Source: an uncultured bacterium (lineage in GTDB: Bacteria; Oederibacteriota; JAAXVQ01). From it: a DNA stretch of 64,000 bases. The notes below the pieces were generated by a model. That model was not told where the DNA came from, made no database searches, and was given only the letters and a program-made list of their open reading frames with translations. Positions within the stretch are counted from its first letter, which is position 1, and every line of letters starts with the position of its first letter. Both the position numbers and the translations under genes were made by a program. The DNA is taken from contig CAZQGO010000004.1 in assembly GCA_964593065.1 (NCBI GenBank), positions 51,832 through 115,831 of the forward strand, written 5' to 3'. Shown piece after piece: positions 27,573-35,500 of this stretch.

Positions 27573-28802
27573 TCATGGCAACTCCAAGCGGCGAATTTCG
27601 ATGCCCGGATAGTAGTGTTTCAGGATATCCTCAAAACCGTAGCCGGCCTGGGCCATGCCCAGGGCTCCCTCCTGGCAAAGTCCCACGCCGTGACCCCAGC
27701 CTTTCCCCGCGAAGATGAAATCCCGGCCCGCCTGCCGGACCTGAAAAATGGTGCTCTTTATTTTATCCGGTCCCAGCGCCATGCGAAAAATACTGGCCGG
27801 CACCCGGGTCTCCCCGCCTGCCTGCCGCACAATGATTTCGCGGGCGCGGCCGTCGGAATGGTAGCCCGAGATTTTGAGGCCGAGGAGCCCGCGCACCGCG
27901 ACATTGTGCTGTGTGAGGGCACGGGCAATTTCCTGGTCGGACAGGGTAACCTGCCAGGAAAAATGGGGGCCGTCCTGGCAAAACCCGCAGGCCGTCCCTT
28001 CCAGGTAGTCGATATTGCCGCCCCAGACTTCCCGGACATCCGCCGTCTGGCCGCCGCAATTGGAATGATAAAATGCCGCGATGAACCGCCCCTGATAAAC
28101 CGCTATGATCTGCCGCGTCAGGGACACCGCCCGCGTCGTGGAATCGCGCTCGGAACCCAGGCCGCGATAGACCTGGCTGTACATGCTGGCATCCAAATCG
28201 TAGGGATCGTCCGCGCGTCCGCTCATTTTGTACAGGGCGAAAGTCCTGGCCGCCACCGCTTGCGCCTTCAGCGCTTCCAGCGGCCACTGGTAGGGAACCT
28301 CGTTGGGAACCACGCCCAGCAGATATTCCTCCAGCGGCACGTAGTTGACGACCAGGAGGGTTCCTGGTTCGCGCCCGAGCGAGATTTCGATCTGGCCGCG
28401 GTACGCGTTTCCCGCCACGGACAGGTAATGCTGTGGATCACCGGGAACGAGCCGGATCCGGTCACTGGGGAGTACCTGCCGGTCCAGAATGATCCGGTTA
28501 TCCCGCACCAGCGCCAAAGCGTCAGGACTGAGACGGGTGCTGAGCAGTACATTGCGAGTATGCATGTCGTAGATCTTGACCGGCCCCTCGCAGGTGATTT
28601 TCACCTGGGATCGGTTTTGGACCAGAGCCACGCGAATATTGGCGAATCGTTTCGCCTCCGCGTGAGACGGAACCTGCGGAGGATAATAGCTCGTCACGCT
28701 GATTTTTGTAACCGTGGCACACCCTGCCGCGAGAAATAACCATCCCGCTAGCGTGAGTAGGCCAAGAAATACCACCGGGGGGGGATACGGTTTCTTATTC
28801 AC
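27573..28802 (-). CDS. SpoIID/LytB domain protein (lipoprotein-like N-terminus)
   Basis: …FHSNCGGQT…GHGVGLCQ… blocks typical of SpoIID/LytB. Confidence 0.75.
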   Translation of the reverse strand: MNKKPYPPPVVFLGLLTLAGWLFLAAGCATVTKISVTSYYPPQVPSHAEAKRFANIRVALVQNRSQVKITCEGPVKIYDMHTRNVLLSTRLSPDALALVRDNRIILDRQVLPSDRIRLVPGDPQHYLSVAGNAYRGQIEISLGREPGTLLVVNYVPLEEYLLGVVPNEVPYQWPLEALKAQAVAARTFALYKMSGRADDPYDLDASMYSQVYRGLGSERDSTTRAVSLTRQIIAVYQGRFIAAFYHSNCGGQTADVREVWGGNIDYLEGTACGFCQDGPHFSWQVTLSDQEIARALTQHNVAVRGLLGLKISGYHSDGRAREIIVRQAGGETRVPASIFRMALGPDKIKSTIFQVRQAGRDFIFAGKGWGHGVGLCQEGALGMAQAGYGFEDILKHYYPGIEIRRLELP

Positions 28803-28907
28803 TTGAGTAGTATTAACTCCAATCCTGTCAATAAATCCTAGTTATTCCAAATGGGATAACCTGGACGGACCCGCTTTTTAGGCATAGCCAGCATCACCGG
28901 CGTTCGA

Positions 28908-31832
28908 CTACACGGCCGATTCCGGACAAATAGTACGATACGGACAATAATTACAGGTCCAGGCGCTCGGTTTGGCCCCAAAATCCTGCCGCCGGATTCC
29001 ATCCGCGGTTTCCTGGATCATAGCCTCTGTGGCATTGATTTCCTGTTCCGGATATTCCGCGGTTCCGATCAATCCCGAGTCCAAAAAACGCAGTTCCACC
29101 CGGGCGGGAAGTCTTCCCTCGGTCCGGAGCCAGGCACTGGAATAGATTTTCATCTGCAGACTGCCCCTGGCTTTGGCATCGGCTTCTTTCTGGCCGGCTA
29201 TTTCCGAGGTTTTAAAATCAATTATCACTGCCCTTTGGTCAGGCAGCAAATCCACCCGGTCAAGCCGGCCGGATATTTTGTTGTTCCCCAATAAATAATT
29301 GAATGATTTTTCAATATATATTGGTTTTGATGGATTTATTTCCTCTACTTCAAGTAGTTTATGAATTGCGCGCATTCCGGCTTCCAGGCGCATTTCCTCA
29401 TGCTCGCGGGAAATGAATCCCTCGCTCACCCAGGATTTCCTGAATATTTCCACGACCTCCTCTTCCCGCAGGCGCGGCTGTCCCGCCACCACCTGGCGGT
29501 AATAGGCCTGCACCGCCAAATGGACGGCATTTCCGTACAGGATGGCATGGTGCGGAAGAATCGGTATTTTCAAAATATGGATGTATTTATACTTCAAGGG
29601 ACAGGTTCGGTAATCGTCCACCTGGTAATAGGACAAATTCAATATTTCATTTTGGCCCATGGGACGCGGTGCGAGAATGGCCTGCCCCGGCAAAGGAGCG
29701 TGGGTCTGGATTTGCTCGAGCGCCGAGGCCTTCCAGGTCTGGAAGGAATCCTTGGGCAAATCCAGGGCTTCCAGCACAAAGGGCGAGGTTTTATACTGAC
29801 GCACGCCGCCGTAATCCTTGGCCGAGCTGAGAAACAGACCCCGTTTGGCCCGGGTCATGGCCACATAAAACAGGCGCCGTTCCTCCGCCAGGTAGGAATC
29901 CTGGGTCGGAAGGTCTTCCTTGGCCAGTTCCGGGGGCAAATCGAGCGCGGGCCTGCGGCTGGCGGCGGGAAACCGTTGCGAAGCCAGTCCCACCAGGAAA
30001 ACCGCGTCGAATTCCAGCCCCTTGGCGCGATGCACGGTCAGGACACTCACGCTGTCCTCCTCCGATTCGGCCTCCGCCACCGGCGGATCATCCCCGGCGG
30101 CCTGCAGCAGGTCCAGATGCCGGACGAAATACAGCACCCGGTCCGAGAGGGCCAGCTTCTCATAGCGGCGCACGAGATCAAAGAACTTTGCCAGGTTCCG
30201 GATGGCGAAATCGGATTCCAGGGTATTGGCCTCGGTGTACTTGGCCAGCAAACCCGTGTCGGACAGGAAGTGGTACAGCAACTGCCCGGTGGACAACCGC
30301 TTGGCCAATTCCTGGTAGTTTTGCAGGTCGGCCACCAGGCGCCGCGTGGAATCCATGGCCTCGGGTCGCAAGGTGCTGCCCGCTTCACCCGCTGCTTCCC
30401 GGAGCACGTGCCATAAGGGACGGTGCCGCCTCTGGCCCAGTGCGGCCAGCTGCGCCAAGTCTTCCGCGGGCAGGCGATAGAGATCCGAGGCGGCGAGATC
30501 ATGCAGGTGCATGGAGGCCGTGGGATCGGCCACGACATTGAGAAAGGAAATACACAGCCGCACCTCGGGCCGCCGGTACAACCCTTGGCTGCCACTGAAG
30601 CGATATGGAATTTCGCGGGCATTCAGGGCCCGTAAAAAGGGATCGGCCTGGCGGTTGGTGCGCACCAAGATCGCGAAATCCGACCAGCCCCCGCCCGCTC
30701 CCTGGCGACGCTGCCGGAGGATTTCCTCCGCCGCCCAGTCCGCCTCCGCCGAGACAGTATCGAACCTCCGGTAGGTGACGGCGGCGCCTTCGCCGCGGGC
30801 GGAAAGCAAGCGCTTGCTCAGGCCGTGTTTGATCTCCAGCCGCTCGGGATCGTTGTGGCGGACCAGGCGATAGGCGGTGTCGAGAATGGTTTGGGTGGAA
30901 CGGTAGTTTTGATTGAGCAGACGGACCTGGGCTTGCGGATAGTGGCGGGTGAACTGCAAAATATTCGAGATGGCGGCCCCGCGAAATTTATAGATGCTCT
31001 GGTCATCGTCTCCCACGACGGTCAGGTTCGCCGCCGGGCCAGCCAACAACTGGATGAGCTCAAACTGGGCGGCATTGGTATCCTGGAATTCGTCCACCAG
31101 GAGGTAGCGGTACCGCGCCCGGTAGTCCGCCAATACATCCGGGTGCCGGCGAAAAAGATCCAAGGCGAGCAGGATCAGGTCCCCGAAATCCACGAACCCC
31201 CGCTCGGACATCAATTCCTGGTAACGGGCATAGACGGCGGCCACTTCCTGCTGCTTGTTCCAGGCCGCCAGCTGTTGGGCTTCCGGCTCGCCGTGCAGAC
31301 CGGCGAGCCGCTGCGCGCAAAAATCCCGGTATGCCGCCGGCCGCACGTCTTCGTCCTTGGCCCGCGAGATGATATCCAGCATCAATTCAAGATGCCGGGT
31401 GGGGTCCGAGAGCGGGCGCAGGTGCTTCACCGGCAAAGCGAAGAGGTGTTCCCGCAGAAACACCCGTTGTTCGGACTTGGACAATATCCGGTAATCCGGA
31501 TTGATGCCCAACAAAACCCCCTGTTCGCGCAGCAGGCGGTCGCCGAAGGCGTGGAAGGTGCAGATGGTGCTGTCCGTGAAGCCATAAGGGACCAGAACAT
31601 CGACCCGGCTTTCCATCTCCTCCGCGGCCTTGTCGGTGAACGTCAAGGCCAGGATTTCCCGGGCGGAACACGCTTTGCGGGCGACGAGATGGGCAATGCG
31701 GCGGGTAATCACCGCGGTCTTCCCCGTCCCGGCGCCGGCCACGATCAATTGCGGTCCCGGCCCATGGCAAACGGCCTCCCGCTGGGCGGCGTTCAGATCT
31801 GCCAAGATTTTGTCCTGGGTCATTTCGGGCAT
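28908..31832 (-). CDS. UvrD/PcrA-family helicase fused to a C-terminal PD-(D/E)xK nuclease with Cas4/AddB-type Cys cluster
   Basis: Walker A AGAGTGKT and motif II LLVDEFQDTN. C-terminus …CPLKY…CNYCPYRTICPESAV (three-Cys Fe-S-type nuclease tail). Confidence 0.8.
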   Translation of the reverse strand: MPEMTQDKILADLNAAQREAVCHGPGPQLIVAGAGTGKTAVITRRIAHLVARKACSAREILALTFTDKAAEEMESRVDVLVPYGFTDSTICTFHAFGDRLLREQGVLLGINPDYRILSKSEQRVFLREHLFALPVKHLRPLSDPTRHLELMLDIISRAKDEDVRPAAYRDFCAQRLAGLHGEPEAQQLAAWNKQQEVAAVYARYQELMSERGFVDFGDLILLALDLFRRHPDVLADYRARYRYLLVDEFQDTNAAQFELIQLLAGPAANLTVVGDDDQSIYKFRGAAISNILQFTRHYPQAQVRLLNQNYRSTQTILDTAYRLVRHNDPERLEIKHGLSKRLLSARGEGAAVTYRRFDTVSAEADWAAEEILRQRRQGAGGGWSDFAILVRTNRQADPFLRALNAREIPYRFSGSQGLYRRPEVRLCISFLNVVADPTASMHLHDLAASDLYRLPAEDLAQLAALGQRRHRPLWHVLREAAGEAGSTLRPEAMDSTRRLVADLQNYQELAKRLSTGQLLYHFLSDTGLLAKYTEANTLESDFAIRNLAKFFDLVRRYEKLALSDRVLYFVRHLDLLQAAGDDPPVAEAESEEDSVSVLTVHRAKGLEFDAVFLVGLASQRFPAASRRPALDLPPELAKEDLPTQDSYLAEERRLFYVAMTRAKRGLFLSSAKDYGGVRQYKTSPFVLEALDLPKDSFQTWKASALEQIQTHAPLPGQAILAPRPMGQNEILNLSYYQVDDYRTCPLKYKYIHILKIPILPHHAILYGNAVHLAVQAYYRQVVAGQPRLREEEVVEIFRKSWVSEGFISREHEEMRLEAGMRAIHKLLEVEEINPSKPIYIEKSFNYLLGNNKISGRLDRVDLLPDQRAVIIDFKTSEIAGQKEADAKARGSLQMKIYSSAWLRTEGRLPARVELRFLDSGLIGTAEYPEQEINATEAMIQETADGIRRQDFGAKPSAWTCNYCPYRTICPESAV

Positions 31833-31894
31833 GGGGGATTCCTGGCCGCTTCTGGTCGGCCGGACCGTTGCCGGGCCGGACCCTGGCGCGGGAT

Positions 31895-32590
31895 TTACCG
31901 CAGAAGCAGTTTGATCGTCAGTACGCCTTCTTGGTCGACCTGTTGCCAGTTGAGCGGCAAGGGATCGAAAATGATTTTGCGGGCGAGTTCGAGCGCTTTC
32001 TGGTCCACAAAGGGATAGCCCGAGGTTTCCAGCAGCTTGGCCTGTTTCACTTCCCCGCCGGGTTGGACGACCAGCACAAGGCGCAATTGGGTTTCTTCGG
32101 TAATATAGTTTTTCAACAAGGAAAAATCCGGTTCCTGATAGCCCCGCGTCGCAATGGCCCCGGTCAGGCTCAAGGTTCCCTGGGGCGAACCGGGCTGTCC
32201 GTATTCCCCCGCCCCCCGGCCCTCCGCCAACCCGCCGCTTTCCTGACGGAGCTCCCGTTCGCTGGCCCCGATGCGCACGCGTTGCCGTGAATCCGTCAGT
32301 TCCCGGATCAGCTGCCGCCGTTTTTCGTCTTTCCAGACCTTGAGTTCCTCGGGCGTCATGCCGGGCGCCTCCGCCGTTTCCCCCTTGGGCCCCAGAACCT
32401 GCCCGTCGGTTTTTACGCCTTCCTGGGACGACAGGGGCGCACTGGTGCCCGCCAGGGTCACCTCAATGAGCATGGGCACGGGACCGACCGGCTGCAGGCT
32501 CAGCGCCAGGGTGCCCAGGACCGCCACTAAGCCGCCGTGCAGCGCCAGCGCCAGACCCAGGGAAAACCCGGAAATGCGGTCGAACGTCAC
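31895..32590 (-). CDS. tonB: TonB-like energy transducer
   Basis: TM anchor GFSLGLALALHGGLVAVL with a C-terminal TonB-C-like domain. GTG start overlaps the exbD stop (GTGA). The upstream 170 codons of the track ORF overlap exbD and are discarded. Confidence 0.65.
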   Translation of the reverse strand: MTFDRISGFSLGLALALHGGLVAVLGTLALSLQPVGPVPMLIEVTLAGTSAPLSSQEGVKTDGQVLGPKGETAEAPGMTPEELKVWKDEKRRQLIRELTDSRQRVRIGASERELRQESGGLAEGRGAGEYGQPGSPQGTLSLTGAIATRGYQEPDFSLLKNYITEETQLRLVLVVQPGGEVKQAKLLETSGYPFVDQKALELARKIIFDPLPLNWQQVDQEGVLTIKLLLR

Positions 32591-33024
32591 CGCGTCATCA
32601 TCTCCTCGGACAGGGGCTTTACGGGAGCCGGTTCCGCAGCCAGGATCAGTTTGTTCGCGCCGGCTTGGCGGGCGATGTCCAGCACCCGCACCGCGTCCCC
32701 GTAGGGCACGCGCTCGTCGGCCGCGACGGTGACGTTGTTGTCTGTCCCCGCTGTAAACCGTTCGCGCAGCCGCGGCCCGAGTTGTTCCAGGGTAAGACGC
32801 TCGCCGTCCAGCAGCAACCGCCCGTCCGCCGCCAAGGTAATGCGAATCTGCTGCACGACGGCCTCGGGCTTGGCGTGCGCTTTGGGCAGGTTGATGTCGA
32901 TCGCCGCCTTCATGATCAACGGGGTGGTCACCATGAAAATGACCAGCAAGACCAGCATCACATCGGTCAAGGGGGTGATGTTGATTTCGCTCATCACGCG
33001 GTTGCGTTGTATGGGTCGGCGCAT
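32587..33024 (-). CDS. exbD: Biopolymer transport protein ExbD/TolR
   Basis: …NITPLTDVMLVLLVIFM… family block. Confidence 0.85.
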   Translation of the reverse strand: MRRPIQRNRVMSEINITPLTDVMLVLLVIFMVTTPLIMKAAIDINLPKAHAKPEAVVQQIRITLAADGRLLLDGERLTLEQLGPRLRERFTAGTDNNVTVAADERVPYGDAVRVLDIARQAGANKLILAAEPAPVKPLSEEMMTR

Positions 33025-33029
33025 GGGCG

Positions 33030-33707
33030 CTACCCCCTCGCGGGCCGGTTCCCCACCGGCGGGCTGGGTTCCAATTCTTCCCCGCTGCCCTTGGCATAGA
33101 GGGTATCCAGCAGATCCGAGGCGGCCGTGGCCATCTCGGTATCGAAGCGCGTGGCCCGCCGTACGAAATAATTATATGCGATCACGGCGGGGACGGCCGT
33201 AAACAAGCCGGCCGCGGTCGCGACCAGCGCCTCGGCAATGCCGTTGGCCACCACCGCGGGGCCGACTCCCGTGTCGCCGGCCAAGGCCGAAAATGCGGAA
33301 ATGATCCCCAGGACCGTCCCGAACAAGCCTACGAAGGGTGAAACGGAACCAATGGTTCCCAGGAAGGAAAGGTATTGTTCCAGCCGGATCAGTTCCATGG
33401 CGCTGACGCGCTCCATGGCCTCCCGCGCGGATAACGCCCCCTTCTTGAAGTGCCGCAGGCCCGCCTTCAGGGTGGCGGCGACGGGCCCGGAGGAAACCTG
33501 GCATAAATCGCCGGCTTCCACGTGCCGGTTGCTTTGCACAAGCTTCTTGATTTTCAGCATGAAGTGGTCCACATCCAGTTGGGCTTGATGGTAGCGGATC
33601 AGGCGTTCAAAAATAATGAACCAGGATGCCAGGGAGAAGCCCAGCAGGACCACCATGGTCCATCCCCCTTTGAGCAGCAATTGCCAAAAAGTCAGATTTG
33701 CGAACAT
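33030..33707 (-). CDS. exbB: MotA/TolQ/ExbB proton channel protein
   Basis: Three TM segments and the conserved …GLFGTVLGI… motif. Confidence 0.85.
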   Translation of the reverse strand: MFANLTFWQLLLKGGWTMVVLLGFSLASWFIIFERLIRYHQAQLDVDHFMLKIKKLVQSNRHVEAGDLCQVSSGPVAATLKAGLRHFKKGALSAREAMERVSAMELIRLEQYLSFLGTIGSVSPFVGLFGTVLGIISAFSALAGDTGVGPAVVANGIAEALVATAAGLFTAVPAVIAYNYFVRRATRFDTEMATAASDLLDTLYAKGSGEELEPSPPVGNRPARG

Positions 33708-33751
33708 GTCTTGACTGCCTCCTTGCCTGATGATCCGGGGCCGGTCTCACG

Positions 33752-35500
33752 CTAAAAAATGACCCGCAATCCGGCCAAACCGGAATGCCCTCTTTCGGGG
33801 TAACCCCGCCATTTTTCCCAACGCACGCCCAAAATATTATCCAGCCGACCGAAAACGGTCCAACCCGGAGAGACTTCCACGTTTACGCTCGCGCCGAAGA
33901 GGTGGGCCGCGTCCAGTGAGGGGGCGTTTTCGTCCGCCCGGGCAAAGCGCTCCCCCAGGAAGCGGTAATGGGCGCCCAGGTCCACCCCCCCGAGGTCCCA
34001 ATGGATCTCGCTCCTGCCTTCGTGCTGCGGTTGGTAGGGAAAGTGGCGATCCCGGCCGGCCGTGGCCTCGCGGTATTCATAAACCAGCGTTTGCTGCAGG
34101 TTGGGGAGATACCGCACTTCCAGGGTCATTTGGCCGCCCTGCGTGTGGGTCTGGGGCAGATTGGCGTAGGTAAACAGGCCGTCCTGATCGTCGTCCGTCC
34201 AGACCGGCGTCTGGGTCGCATCACGCTTGAACCAACCGGCCTCCAGGGACACGCTGCCGCCCAGCGTTTGCCGCCAACCCACCCGGTAGTCTCCGTATAC
34301 GCTCTCCGGCCGCGGCAAGGCCGCGCTGGCCTGCCAGGAGTTCTCGAAGGCCCACTCCGAAACCGCTTTCCAAAGCATGGCCGGCTGAGCGGTGGCATAC
34401 AGGATGCTCCCCGTGGGCAGCACCAGGCTGATCTGCCCCACCACATTGGCCGCACTGGCGCCCTGGGGGCCTTCAAAATCATCCAGGCGTACGCCCAGGT
34501 TCGCGTGCAGGATGGAAAAAAGCCTGAACCGGCTCGTCACGGACAGGGTTTTCTGCGCCTCCCAGGCCTGAAGGTCCAGGAACGTTCGTTCCCGCCGCAC
34601 GCTCTGCCCCTGGACCTTGCCCTCGATTTCCAGGCTCAGGCCGTCGGGGATGAGTCCGGGGATGATTTGCTCGTAGCCCACGCGGCAATTGAAAATATCG
34701 GCGAGCAGTTCCGGCCGGTCCGGGCCGGGGATTCCCGCCTGCCGCATGGATTTGTACGCGCCGATAAAATTCAGACTCGCATTCGGACTGAGCGCCCAGT
34801 CGGTTTGCAGCCCGGCCTCGCCGTAACGCCGTTGCAGCCACGGCCCCCAGCCCGCGGGGCCGGCGGCAGGCTGGCGGTCGCGGTCATCCTTGCCGGCCAA
34901 GGAGCCGGTGATGCTCCAGGTCGCCCCTCCGTCCCAGCGAACGTCCAAGTCCGCCCCCAGGCCCTGGTGGTCGGGAATGAAGGCAAACGCCCGCGGCCAT
35001 TCGCCGGTGGTTTCATTGCCGCGCAGCAGATAGTTGACCGGGCCCAATTTCTGGCCTACGACCACGCGGCCTTCCGCCACGTGATAGGGTCCCGCGCCGG
35101 CTTCCAGCAACAGAAAATAATTCTTCGCGGTGACGGTTTCGGCTCCCGGGACCTGTTTGCCCTCCAGTCCGGGAATGGCCACGCGTGCAAAATCCATGGG
35201 GATCTCCTTGGCTCCCGCCATGGGATCCACGAACAACAGATCCTGCCTCTCGGCCGTGACCTGGAACTGCTTTTCACCCTTGACGACGACATCGGGTAAT
35301 TTCAGGGCCGGACGTTCCTGGTCCTTGGTCAGGGTGGCGGCCGGTTCCTCCACCCGGGGTCCGGTGGCGGCGGGCGCCGCGCTTTCGGCTTCGCTCGCCA
35401 AGTCCTCACCCCGGTCCGCGGCCCAGCTGCAGACCGGGCCCGCGGCCAGGCACAGGCCCGCCAGGAAGATTCCGAGCCAAAACCGGGTCCGATTACTCAT
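33752..35500 (-). CDS. Outer-membrane β-barrel protein (582 aa; signal peptide, C-terminal …RVIF)
   Basis: Signal peptide, alternating β-strand pattern and a terminal aromatic residue. Smaller than a typical TonB-dependent receptor. Confidence 0.6.
   Translation of the reverse strand: MSNRTRFWLGIFLAGLCLAAGPVCSWAADRGEDLASEAESAAPAATGPRVEEPAATLTKDQERPALKLPDVVVKGEKQFQVTAERQDLLFVDPMAGAKEIPMDFARVAIPGLEGKQVPGAETVTAKNYFLLLEAGAGPYHVAEGRVVVGQKLGPVNYLLRGNETTGEWPRAFAFIPDHQGLGADLDVRWDGGATWSITGSLAGKDDRDRQPAAGPAGWGPWLQRRYGEAGLQTDWALSPNASLNFIGAYKSMRQAGIPGPDRPELLADIFNCRVGYEQIIPGLIPDGLSLEIEGKVQGQSVRRERTFLDLQAWEAQKTLSVTSRFRLFSILHANLGVRLDDFEGPQGASAANVVGQISLVLPTGSILYATAQPAMLWKAVSEWAFENSWQASAALPRPESVYGDYRVGWRQTLGGSVSLEAGWFKRDATQTPVWTDDDQDGLFTYANLPQTHTQGGQMTLEVRYLPNLQQTLVYEYREATAGRDRHFPYQPQHEGRSEIHWDLGGVDLGAHYRFLGERFARADENAPSLDAAHLFGASVNVEVSPGWTVFGRLDNILGVRWEKWRGYPERGHSGLAGLRVIF

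Noticed and set aside
26568-28739. 723-aa plus-strand ORF spanning queA and SpoIID antisense
   Set aside because: Spans two well-supported minus-strand genes and their intergenic spacer; Arg/Gly/Pro/Ala composition typical of antisense GC-rich artefacts.
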